Shown in pieces: positions 44,722 to 56,663 of a DNA stretch of 64,000 nt. Positions within the stretch are counted from its first letter, which is position 1. Each line of letters opens with the position of its first letter. Source of the DNA: an uncultured Lachnospiraceae bacterium (GTDB lineage: Bacteria; Bacillota; Clostridia; Christensenellales; UBA1242); the NCBI GenBank assembly GCA_964368755.1, contig CAYJCR010000001.1, forward strand, positions 140,976 through 204,975, given 5' to 3'. The position numbers and the translations under genes are program-made. The notes under the pieces were generated by a model, which saw only the letters and a list, made by a program, of their open reading frames with translations, ran no database searches and was not told the DNA's origin.

Positions 44722-45055
44722 GTTTGTTGAGTATGTTATGAGCGACTTGTTCTTGGGACTTCGATAGAGTATTGTATAGATACTCTTTTTCTTGTTCAGA
44801 GAATACTAGTGAGGAGATACAAAAGGACTTGTCTATACCTATGCCACCATTCCTACCAGTGTATGTCATAGTGGGTATGCCAGCACTTTCTAACTCATTG
44901 AGATATCTGTATATTGTTCTCTGACAGACTTCAAACTTGCGTGCCAAAACCGATGCCCTTACGACATTGTTCCTTAATAGCTCTATTAGTATTCCCATAG
45001 CAAGATATGTTTTCATACTTGCATTATATATCAAACATTTGCGTTTGTCAAACAT
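44714..45055 (-). CDS. stand-alone HTH protein (DeoR/YafY N-terminal HTH_11 type)
   Basis: ILIELLRNNVVRASVLARKFEVCQRTIYRYLNELESAGIP...GRNGGIGI. There is no SD. The ATG lies inside a LexA-box-like 14-mer. The 3' end overlaps ddl by 8 nt (convergent). Confidence 0.7.
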   Translation of the reverse strand: MFDKRKCLIYNASMKTYLAMGILIELLRNNVVRASVLARKFEVCQRTIYRYLNELESAGIPTMTYTGRNGGIGIDKSFCISSLVFSEQEKEYLYNTLSKSQEQVAHNILNKLS

Positions 45056-45078
45056 ATGTTCGATACATTATTTTATCA
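45049..45078 (-). promoter_or_regulatory. extended -10 (TGaTAAAAT) plus LexA (Cheo) box CGAACATATGTTTG overlapping the HTH gene start codon
   Basis: On the minus strand the -10 element runs 45078->45070 and the box 45062->45049. The 14-mer is identical to the one at 56458-56471. Confidence 0.55.
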
Positions 45079-46204
45079 AAAACACAAATATATCTCTTTG
45101 TCCAAAATTGGTTTCATAGTCATTCATATTCGCTTTGGTACTTACTACAATAATTTTTTTGTTAACGGAGAAGTAACAATCCCCAATTTCGTTGCCATTG
45201 ATGACTGTACTGCCGGTTGCAAGATTGCCTGCATAAGTCCAGTATATATTATTTGTATGGTCAATAAGAAGTTTGGCATTACTTGGGAGACTTGAGTTTT
45301 GAGAGATTAGATCTCCATGTCGACATAGATTCCATTGAATGGGCTCTATACTGTTACATATGAGTATGCTGTATCCAATGTCAGAGACCAAGATATCAAC
45401 TTTGGTAATATCTTCACATACATCGGCATAGGTGAAGATAATGTTATGTGTATAATCAAGTTTGGTGACAATGATGTATTCATCGACTTTGGCTGACAAA
45501 AAATAGCAATCTTCGAATAGTTGCGTTGATACGAATTCGGCTTGTTCGAACGTGATAACTATTGTATCGCTTTGTGTATCATATATAACGATATTGTCTT
45601 GGCTTTGTAAGATTAGACTGCTATTGACAACAGCTGTGACTTTGTCGAAGTCAACTTCAAGACTCCTGGTACTTGTGCTAGATACAAGAGAGTTTGTTAT
45701 ACTATCTACTTCAACTAAGTTATCGTACATACTTATCAGTTGAGAAGCTGTTGTATCATGAAGATAGGTGATATAGTCCTGCGTTATATGATACAACTTG
45801 TACGAGGTGTTGAATATTATCGCATAAATACTTTGGTTGATGACAATAGAGTCTATTACTTTGCCGTCGGCGATTTTTTTGTTATCAATGAGATTGCATT
45901 GACTGTCGATTGTCAATAGGCTTATGTAAGATTCTGTGGGGCTATCTGTCTGACATAGAATGATAATACTATCTTCAAGTTCTACAACTGATAGCATTGT
46001 GTCGTCGTATTCTGTGAGATAATTGTTCGCAAGTATAACATTCTGATTGTCAATCTTGTATGGAAGATAATGCTGTAACTCATCTTCCGCAACAGCATAG
46101 TCCTCTGTCGGATGATTATAATTGAGCGAAGAGAGCAGTACGATGACTGCAAGTAGTATCAATCCGAATGTTATCCTAAGCAGATTGAATAAGTTTTTGT
46201 TCAT
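45068..46204 (-). CDS. hypothetical protein with N-terminal membrane anchor and beta-rich ectodomain
   Basis: 378 aa with SD AGGAGG. TM segment ITFGLILLAVIVLLSSL. I recognise no motif. Confidence 0.6.
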   Translation of the reverse strand: MNKNLFNLLRITFGLILLAVIVLLSSLNYNHPTEDYAVAEDELQHYLPYKIDNQNVILANNYLTEYDDTMLSVVELEDSIIILCQTDSPTESYISLLTIDSQCNLIDNKKIADGKVIDSIVINQSIYAIIFNTSYKLYHITQDYITYLHDTTASQLISMYDNLVEVDSITNSLVSSTSTRSLEVDFDKVTAVVNSSLILQSQDNIVIYDTQSDTIVITFEQAEFVSTQLFEDCYFLSAKVDEYIIVTKLDYTHNIIFTYADVCEDITKVDILVSDIGYSILICNSIEPIQWNLCRHGDLISQNSSLPSNAKLLIDHTNNIYWTYAGNLATGSTVINGNEIGDCYFSVNKKIIVVSTKANMNDYETNFGQRDIFVFLIK

Positions 46205-46334
46205 ATAAAAAAGCCTCCTATCAAGATTGTTACAATGTTATCACATTGCAATCAGTCATATATGATAGGAGACAAAAGTAGTTAGATTATACTGTAATAG
46301 TTCAAAAAACCATACAATAGGATTCATAATAGTT

Positions 46335-47381
46335 TTATAAACAGTATTTGTCTATAATATTGCAAATTTTTTGATTGCTATCTAAGTTGGCACTATTTGA
46401 CATATTGCCTATATACTCATTTTGGCGTGATAGTAATTGCTTGATTTTGTCGAGAAGTATGTCTATGGTCATTGCTTCTTGATATAGCACCATTGCATAG
46501 CCTTTCTTTTGGAACAACTCAGCGTTCTGAACTTGATCGCCTCGTGAGGACTTCTTTGGCAAAGGTATGAGTAGCATTGGTTTTTTGATTGCCAACAATT
46601 CATTTATTACATTGGAGCCAGCTCTACTTACAACTATGTCTGATATCGCAAGCAAGTTCTCTAATGTATTGGTGTATTCGACTTTGTAGTAACTTTTGGC
46701 AGTTATATTGGGTGACTTATTCTTACCTGTTATGTGGATAATATTGTAGTACCTTGTAAGGACTTTGATATTGCTCTCGATAAGATTGTTGATAGCTTGA
46801 GCTCCTGTTGAGCCACCGATGAATAGGATTGTCTTTTTTGTTCTATCTAGTTTTGTAGTCTTGTATCCCAATTCTTTGCTGCCTTGAAGCAGAGCTTTGC
46901 GTATAGGTGGACCAGTGAAAACACACTTATTATGTCCTTTGGCCGTTTCTTCAAAACTTGTGCACATACAATTGCATTTGCGATAAATTATCTTATTGGC
47001 TAGCCCCATACTGAGATCTGATTCGTGACTGATGATTGGTAATCCTAACTTTGCACTAGCAAGCACAACGGGTATGGAGACATAGCCACCTTTTGAGAAT
47101 ATTACATTTGGTTTAATCTCTTTAAGTATAGCAAGGGCTTGCTTCTTCGCTTTGTGTAGTACAAAAGGAATTGCCAAGTTTTTGGCAGTAATTTTGCGTA
47201 TAAACTTGACACTAGGAATGGTGTGGAAGGTGACAAAGTCGTAGCCTTGCATTATCTCTTTTTCTATACCATCACTACCAATGTAATGTATCTTATACTT
47301 ATCTTTGAGATAATCAAATAGTGCGATATGTGGTGTAACATGACCACCAGTCCCACCACCAGTTAATACAATTGTCTTCAT
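46335..47381 (-). CDS. murG: UDP-GlcNAc:lipid I GlcNAc transferase MurG
   Basis: MKTIVLTGGGTGGHVTPHIAL, FIGGSTGAQ and RAGSNVINELL. SD AGGAGG. Confidence 0.92.
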   Translation of the reverse strand: MKTIVLTGGGTGGHVTPHIALFDYLKDKYKIHYIGSDGIEKEIMQGYDFVTFHTIPSVKFIRKITAKNLAIPFVLHKAKKQALAILKEIKPNVIFSKGGYVSIPVVLASAKLGLPIISHESDLSMGLANKIIYRKCNCMCTSFEETAKGHNKCVFTGPPIRKALLQGSKELGYKTTKLDRTKKTILFIGGSTGAQAINNLIESNIKVLTRYYNIIHITGKNKSPNITAKSYYKVEYTNTLENLLAISDIVVSRAGSNVINELLAIKKPMLLIPLPKKSSRGDQVQNAELFQKKGYAMVLYQEAMTIDILLDKIKQLLSRQNEYIGNMSNSANLDSNQKICNIIDKYCL

Positions 47382-47547
47382 CTATTCCTCCTACAATTGT
47401 AGTATATGAAAGTATATTGTCAATTATTATCTCGTGACTTGTATTTGTCTATGTATGTAATATAATAATAATGCAACAATTGTGAATATATATTCTCCAT
47501 TGTGTATAATTATACATACAATGTTCGTGATATTGCAATTTAGATAA

Positions 47548-49610
<2,063 letters not shown>

Positions 49611-49611
<1 letters not shown>

Positions 49612-52600
49612 TGGGTGACGACTTTAATCCTGATGAGCCAATAGACGGGCAAATTGGTGTTGAAGAGCTTTTTGTTCCAAGTGTAGAGCAGGAAGAGAAA
49701 GTAGTTGACACCAAACCGATAGATGGGCAGATGAGTTTTGACTCATATGCTGATTTTGTTGCGCCAACTGTTGAGTTAGAGAGGAAGTCGAAGCCAGCTG
49801 ATTCTAAGCAATCAACTCCCGATAAGACAAAAGCGCACAAGTCAGAGACACCTATGACACAAGATATAGTTATAAAATCAAAACTACATATTGATAATGA
49901 TAGTTCTCTCGATAATGCAAAAAAAAGTCGAGATAAAGCAGAATTTTTGCCAAAAAATCGCGAAGTTGTTCCAAAATCGGCAAAAAATGGCTCAAAAGTC
50001 GACAGAATTGAGCCAAATCATACAGAGAAACAAAAAACTATATCTAGTGTTGAATCTCAACAACCCGCAGATGATAAGATTGATTACGATGCACTACTTG
50101 TTGATAACAAAACAAAAGATGATATAAAGAAAGTTCAAGGTAGGTCGAAGAAGCCTAAGACCTTGGAGGCTCTGGTGAATGGTGGTAAGAAAATTGATGA
50201 TAATGAATCTCAATTATTCAAAGATATTCAATCAAGTGATAATAAAAGGGAAGATATGAAAGAAGATAACAAGATAACTCCATATTCAGGTTCAGACAAA
50301 ACAATCGTTGATGGTATGATGTATAAGACTGTCGACGAAGTTCTGCACGAATCAATGATTCCTTATTCTGAACATGTAATACTAGATAGAGCATTGCCAA
50401 GAGTGGAAGATGGACTCAAGCCTGTACAGAGAAGAATATTATATTCGATGATGGAACTTGGTGTTACACCAGACAAACCATACAGGAAGTCGGCACGTAT
50501 TGTTGGTGATTGTATGGGTAAGTATCACCCACACGGCGATAGTTCTGTATATGATGCTATGGTTAGACTTGCTCAACCTTTTAATACCAATGGTTTGCTT
50601 GTTGATGGACATGGTAACTTTGGTTCTGTTGATGGAGATAGAGCCGCTGCTATGAGATATACAGAGGCAAGGCTTACATCCCTTGCACTTGAACTCCTAA
50701 GAGATCTAGAGAAGGATACTGTTAAGTGGAATCTTAACTTTGATGATACTCTCAAAGAGCCAGATATATTGCCAGGTAGATATCCAAATCTATTAGTCAA
50801 TGGTTGTCAAGGTATAGCTGTAGGATTAGCCACGAACATTCCTCCTCACAATCTAGGTGAAGTAATAGATGGTGTAGTTGCATATATCAATAACCCAAAG
50901 ATTACTCTCAAAGAGATGATGAAGATTATCAAAGGTCCAGATTTTCCTACTGGAGGACTTATGCTTGACAATTCTGAGATAGAACAAGCATATCAGACAG
51001 GTAAGGGTAAAATATATATAAGAGCAAAGATGCATCTTGAGAATAGTGGTGACAAGACCAACATTGTCATAACAGAACTTCCTTATCAGACCAACAAAGT
51101 TACTATTATGCAGAAGATAGCTTCACTCCGTGATGACAACAAAGACCTATCTTGTATCAGCGAGATAAGAGATGAATCAGATAGAACTGGTATACGTGTC
51201 ATAGTAAGACTCAAAAAAGAAGCCAATGTCAAAAGAGTAATAGATATTATACTCAAATCTACTGACTTACAGGTATCTTTTGGTGTCAATATGGTTGCAA
51301 TAGCTGATGGCAAACCAAAACAACTTGCATTGCTTGATATTATATCTTATTATGTCAATTATCAAAGAGAAATAATTTATAGAAGAAGTAAGTTTGAACT
51401 AGAACAAGCAAAAGAACGTGAGCACATATTGTCGGGACTTCTTATTGCTATCAAGAATATCAATGAAGTCATCAAGATAATCAAATCTTCTAAGAATACT
51501 TCAGAAGCCAAAGACAAGTTGAAAGCTAGATTTGCACTATCTGATAGACAAGCGCAAGCAATCCTTGATATGAGACTTAGCAGACTTACAAGTCTAGAAG
51601 TCAACAAACTTGAAGAGGAAATCAAGCAGTTGCAAGAGCTTATCAAGAAACTCAACGCAATAATTGCATCTACAAAGATGCAGTTAGATATTGTAAAAAC
51701 TGAGATGCTTGCTATCAAGAAGCAATATAGAAGAGATAGAATGACTTCTATGAGCAAGGTCGCACACACTATCTGTACAGCTAGCGAAGACAAACCTACT
51801 TGTACTGAAGTAATAGTCGGATACAATGCTCTTGGCAACCTCAAAGCTATTGGCAAAAAGTATTATAACATGGCTCAAAAAGAGTTCAATGACAACTCAT
51901 CTTTGGGCGAAGTGCATTCAATACTTTACAATACGTATTCAGATAGAACTGTGTTGGCCTTCACTGATACTGGCAACTGTGTCAAAGTCCCTGTAAGCAA
52001 ACTCCCAGAGTCAAGATTTAAGGACAAAGGAATACCAGCAGATAAGATTGCTACTGACATAAAGAGTGATGAGAAGATTGTTGGCATATTTGACTTGCAA
52101 GACCAAGAAGGCGATTATATATTCGTGACAACACGTGGTATGGTCAAGAGAACGAATATCAAAGAGTACAATTTGTCAAAGACTTGCTATCAGGCAATCA
52201 AACTTGATGACAAAGACAAGGTATTGGCTATCATCGATGCAAGACAGGAAGGCGAGCTGGCACTTATGTCTGAGCAAGGTATGGTTGTTGTCATAAGCAA
52301 AGATGATATTCCTGTTCAAGGTAGAATATCGAAGGGCGTTATTGGTATCAATCTTGCCACATCTGACAAACTTGTCGGTTGCGGACTAGTTGAGAAGAAG
52401 ACAACAGCGGTCATACTAACAGATATAGGTTGTATCAAGAGAGTTGACTTGTCTCAGATAGAGTTGTCAGCAAGGAACAGAAAGGGTGTCAAACTCCTAA
52501 GTGCAGATGGCGGTAAGAAAGTTGTCCTAGCAGAAGTGGGTGATAATACTACTGTTATAGCCAAAGTTGATGATGAGTACTATTACAAGCAATCGGCAAA

Positions 52601-52688
52601 TGTCTCCATAGAACCAAGGTTGGGCAAAGGCAAATCGATCGCTAAGAAAAAGCTCAATATCAAGACAACTTATATTTTCAGAGTTTAA
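49611..52688 (+). CDS. parC: type IIA topoisomerase DNA-cleavage subunit (ParC-like, no GyrA box seen) with 235-aa disordered N-terminal extension
   Basis: The canonical core starts near residue 236 ([53 protein letters not shown] with the catalytic Tyr). I do not see QRRGGKG in the CTD. The start at 49611 has SD GGAG and a TAATG overlap with parE. Confidence 0.85.
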
Positions 52689-52702
52689 TATTAAGAATTA
52701 TT

Positions 52703-52736
52703 AATATGCCATGATAAAAAGTGGCATATTTTTTTT
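52703..52736 (+). terminator. intrinsic terminator after parC
   Basis: aatatgcca-tgataaaaag-tggcatatt followed by T8. Confidence 0.8.
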
Positions 52737-52869
52737 GCTGTCAAAGTATATATTAACATAAGCTGTATTCTAAAAAATACGACAAAACCCCTATTATCAC
52801 AACATTTATTGACAGACAAAAAATTATGAATAATTATCAAATAGATTTATCATATAAAAGCGAGGACAT

Positions 52870-53634
52870 ATGAGATTTTTTGTTATCAAAGCAAATACAA
52901 TTAAGATCATCTTACTAATGATTTTGTGTATGCTTTTGCTTTCGATTAACTTTGGAGGAAGTGCATTTGCGCAGGTGTATTTTAACAAAGTAGATCGCAG
53001 AATCCCAATCTATGAAGTAGAGACTCAGGACAAAAAAGTAGCAATAACATTTGATGCTGCTTGGGGTGCTGACAAAACGGTTGCAATTATGGATATTCTA
53101 GATGAATATAATTGCAAAGCAACGTTCTTCTTGGTGGGGTTTTGGGTAGAAAAATATCCTGATATTGTCAAGCAATTATATGATAGGGGATTTGAGATAG
53201 GAACTCATAGCGATTCACATCCTGATCTAGCCAAAGCTGATAATGAAACTGTACGCAAGGAGTTGCAAGATTCTATTGATAAGATTAAGGCTATCACGGG
53301 TGAAGCTCCAAAATTGTTTAGAGCACCATTTGGTAGCTATAACAATAGTGTCATAGAGATCGCAGAGAGCTTAGGACTCACAACTATTCAATGGAGCGTT
53401 GACTCTCTTGATTGGAAAGGAATCTCAGGTACTCAGATTAGTACAAATATTTTGTCAAAAGCAAAGTCTGGTAGTATTATCCTCAATCATAACAACTCAG
53501 ATTATATCCTTGATGCTTTGCCTTCGGTGCTTCAATGCCTTAGGGAGAAAGGATATACAGTAACAAATGTAGGCGACCTAATATATTGGGAAAACTACAC
53601 AATCAACCATGCAGGTGTGCAGAAAAGTAAATAA
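52870..53634 (+). CDS. secreted/membrane-anchored polysaccharide deacetylase (NodB homology domain)
   Basis: N-terminal hydrophobic segment, then TFDAAWG, HSDSHPDL, RAPFGSYN and LNH. Confidence 0.88.
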   Translation: MRFFVIKANTIKIILLMILCMLLLSINFGGSAFAQVYFNKVDRRIPIYEVETQDKKVAITFDAAWGADKTVAIMDILDEYNCKATFFLVGFWVEKYPDIVKQLYDRGFEIGTHSDSHPDLAKADNETVRKELQDSIDKIKAITGEAPKLFRAPFGSYNNSVIEIAESLGLTTIQWSVDSLDWKGISGTQISTNILSKAKSGSIILNHNNSDYILDALPSVLQCLREKGYTVTNVGDLIYWENYTINHAGVQKSK

Positions 53635-53654
53635 ATAACAAATAGGAGATATAT

Positions 53655-54359
53655 ATGAATTACGAATTAATGGCAAATAACAAAGTTTATCTTAGAGGTA
53701 GAGTATTAAGAGCTCCAGAATTTAGTCACGAAGTATTTGGAGAAGGATTTTACGAAATGGATCTATCAGTACAAAGGCTCTCGGATCATAATGACATAGT
53801 CCCAATAACAGTATCGGAGAGATTGCTCCAAGATAACAATTTTGAAATAGGAGAAGAGATAACAGTCAAAGGTCAGTTCAGAAGTTATAACAAAATCGTT
53901 GATGAAAAAAGCAAGCTTATGTTAACGGTATTTGTTAGAGAGCTTGCCGATAATGACCCAACTGTCAATCCTAATATTATCGAATTGAGTGGATATATTT
54001 GTAAGCCACCAATCTACAGAACGACTCCGTTCAAACGTGAGATATGTGATGTGCTTATTGCTGTTAATCGTGCGTATAACAAATCTGATTATATTCCATG
54101 TATAGCATGGGGCAGAAATGCAAGATTTGTCAAAAACGTTGACATAGGACAGAAGGTATTTTTGTCTGGCCGTATCCAAAGCAGAGAGTATCAAAAGAAG
54201 TTGTCGGAAGAACAAATTGAGACTCGTACTGCGTATGAGATATCTATCAACAGAATATCTCTTGACAATAACTTTGAACAAAATGATGATGACACATTAT
54301 CTGATAATATTATACCCAATCAAGATACTGTTCCTTATGATATTGCTGATAATCAGTAA
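53655..54359 (+). CDS. OB-fold single-stranded-DNA-binding-like protein (two tandem OB-like halves, acidic tail)
   Basis: NNKVYLRGRVLRAPEFSHEVFGEGFY and NIIELSGYICKPPIYRTTPFKREI...IPCIAWGRNARF...FLSGRIQSREY resemble SSB-like proteins of Clostridia-type genomes as I recall them. SD AGGAG. Confidence 0.45.
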   Translation: MNYELMANNKVYLRGRVLRAPEFSHEVFGEGFYEMDLSVQRLSDHNDIVPITVSERLLQDNNFEIGEEITVKGQFRSYNKIVDEKSKLMLTVFVRELADNDPTVNPNIIELSGYICKPPIYRTTPFKREICDVLIAVNRAYNKSDYIPCIAWGRNARFVKNVDIGQKVFLSGRIQSREYQKKLSEEQIETRTAYEISINRISLDNNFEQNDDDTLSDNIIPNQDTVPYDIADNQ

Positions 54360-54424
54360 CCAGACCGTCCGTTCGGTCAGTTGAGAATAAAAAATATCTC
54401 TACTTATGTAGGGATATTATTTAT

Positions 54425-56176
54425 TTATCTATTCTTCTTGGAAGTTGTAAGGAATATTATAGCAAGAACTCCACATATTGCTATGAGAACAATTGCTATT
54501 ATTATCTCTATACTTACTCCATCTTTGCGAATATATTTGGTTAAGATATATCCATCGATTACACTACCATCAGTGGTAGTGTATGTTATAGAGTTATGAG
54601 ACTTCGTCTTGTCGAAGTCGTTAAGTCGAATTTTTGTACCATTGATAAGTTTGAGTCCACTATCTACATATTCATCATTCACAAGTAGATATACTGAGAT
54701 TGATTCTGAGTCATCTTTGATAGACACTTCTGCGTTAGTTTTGATTCCACTTGTTTGGGCATCAATTTTGTCTGACAATGCACCAACATTAACATAATAA
54801 TATTTGTTATCAACTTTTATTTCTACGAATTTCATATTGTTGTAGTCAGGATAATTGTCGAACTTCCTAGTAATTGTTACTTGTGTATTGTATGTTAATG
54901 TGAGATCTGTCTTGATAGGATTAGATATAGATGAGGATGCAGACAATGACGAAGGGAACCTGTATGCAATAGTTGAAGGAACTGATATCACTTTGGTATC
55001 AGTGGTTGCTGATAAGCTTATCGTCTGTAAATAGGCTGAGTATATATAAGCTAGGATATTAGAACTGCTTTTGTTCGTAACAAGACATACGCTAAATATT
55101 CCTTCTTGTCCAATCACATATACATAGTCGGTTGTTGCAAGACTAATGATTGGGTTAATAAAGTATGGATAGTGGTATCCAACTGTACTAACTCTTGGTT
55201 GAGCGATTGTTATTGACTCAGTTAGTGGAGCAGTTGTAATATGTCCAGTTGGTGTTGAGAAGTTAGATATTGTTGATATGATTTGTTCGTTATTATGTTT
55301 TGGAAGAATAGATTTTGTTACTCCAGCCATATAGTACAACGCGCCAGTAGCTTTGTCTATTGCATAAGAAGTAGGTGTGTCCTCGCACTCTACGGTGTAG
55401 TCATTTGTTGTAACGGTAGATGATAGTGTTATGCTGTGTATTGCTATCATACCGGCTTGACTAGTAAAGGTATACAATCTGCCATTGCAATCAATGTCAA
55501 CATTCGTAGTATCAATACTGTCAACTTCGTAAGTTGTACTTGCTTTTGTCTTAGTGTTGACTTTGACAATGCTATCGGTATTGATAATGTATATATTACC
55601 CATAATATCATTGATCAATCGTGTGTCTGCGTGTATCTCTATGCCTTCAACCTGATATTCAACCAATCTATCTTCGCCTATATAAGGCTTCTGCAAAATC
55701 GTAGAATGTGACAAATCAAGAAAATACGCGTTACCGAATACATCACAAGCAAAATCTATAAGATTAGTACCGATAGGTTTGGTAGTATTATTTGCATCGA
55801 GGTATGTGTTGTATGAAGCGACATAATTGCCCTCATAGTCAAAACTCTTGATTATATAGTTGGTAGCACCATCATTGTTGGCAGTATATATATAGATATT
55901 TGTCTCATTCATACAGAATAGTGTTGGAGAAACTAATTGATTGTTCTCATATCCATAGCCACCAATAGTAGTCATAGATGAGCCCTGTATATATAGTTTG
56001 TGCCCAAGAGTACCAGTACCCTTGTCTAGAACAAAAGTCTTATTGTTGTACCTTGCAATGCGAACAGAATTGTTATATGTTGGTGCGTCAGCATAAGCAG
56101 GGGAGCTAGTTGTTATTGCAAAGCCTACACAGCATATAGCAAGCATAATAGCGATTGTTATCAAAAATCTCTTCAT
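54425..56176 (-). CDS. type I membrane surface protein: signal peptide, beta-propeller-like repeats, SH3b-like modules, C-terminal TM and basic tail
   Basis: Signal peptide MKRFLITIAIMLAICCVGFA...AYA. Recurrent G.(I/L)Y(I/F)...-type blades (NIYIYTANN, GNAYFLDL, GNIYIINTD, GRLYTFTS, GALYYMAG). C-terminus IIIAIVLIAICGVLAIIFLTTSKKNR. Confidence 0.6.
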   Translation of the reverse strand: MKRFLITIAIMLAICCVGFAITTSSPAYADAPTYNNSVRIARYNNKTFVLDKGTGTLGHKLYIQGSSMTTIGGYGYENNQLVSPTLFCMNETNIYIYTANNDGATNYIIKSFDYEGNYVASYNTYLDANNTTKPIGTNLIDFACDVFGNAYFLDLSHSTILQKPYIGEDRLVEYQVEGIEIHADTRLINDIMGNIYIINTDSIVKVNTKTKASTTYEVDSIDTTNVDIDCNGRLYTFTSQAGMIAIHSITLSSTVTTNDYTVECEDTPTSYAIDKATGALYYMAGVTKSILPKHNNEQIISTISNFSTPTGHITTAPLTESITIAQPRVSTVGYHYPYFINPIISLATTDYVYVIGQEGIFSVCLVTNKSSSNILAYIYSAYLQTISLSATTDTKVISVPSTIAYRFPSSLSASSSISNPIKTDLTLTYNTQVTITRKFDNYPDYNNMKFVEIKVDNKYYYVNVGALSDKIDAQTSGIKTNAEVSIKDDSESISVYLLVNDEYVDSGLKLINGTKIRLNDFDKTKSHNSITYTTTDGSVIDGYILTKYIRKDGVSIEIIIAIVLIAICGVLAIIFLTTSKKNR

Positions 56177-56448
56177 ATGTTCCTCATATTTATATTATTA
56201 GTATGATTATATCACTATATTAAGATATTTCATAATATTTTTGAGATGTTTTGTAAGCAACTCATCAGTACAAGATGATGAGTTGGACTAATTATTGATA
56301 AATGATTGATGATATATCAATTATCGTAAAAATAATTATAATAATGCAAACGAACAAAATAATTGCCCATTCTACAATATTCGACAAAATATATTTCATA
56401 AAAAACATATAATTATCCTTAATATGACAAACAGTGTCATAATATGTA

Positions 56449-56471
56449 TGTTATTATCGAACATATGTTTG
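56449..56471 (+). promoter_or_regulatory. extended -10 (TGtTATTAT) abutting LexA (Cheo) box CGAACATATGTTTG
   Basis: Read directly: the -10 element is at 56449-56457 and the box at 56458-56471. The ATG inside the box (56465) opens a 17-codon ORF. Confidence 0.55.
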
Positions 56472-56561
56472 AGACATACGCATTCCAACAAAAAATAATC
56501 ACGCAAAAACATTTTTGAAAATATTTTGTACAAAAATATTCAAAAATAATGTCACTAAGAA

Positions 56562-56591
56562 TTGACATATCAAAATTGTCAGATTTATAAT
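56562..56591 (+). promoter_or_regulatory. near-consensus promoter TTGACA-18-TATAAT overlapped by inverted repeat TGACA-N9-TGTCA
   Basis: -35 at 56562-56567 and -10 at 56586-56591. The inverted repeat spans 56563-56581. It lies ~70 nt upstream of the 56664 start. Confidence 0.6.
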
Positions 56592-56663
56592 AGGTGTGAT
56601 CAACATTGTTGAACAAAAATATTGCCTTGCCTAAAGATTTCAAACACACAATAGGAGATGATT

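Noticed and set aside
47498-47523. Imperfect palindrome cattgtgtataat/tatacatacaatg (perfect core TGTATAATTATACA) upstream of parE.
   Set aside because: It is an AT-only low-complexity palindrome in a very AT-rich spacer, with no second copy and no clear relation to a promoter. It may be an operator but I cannot support that.
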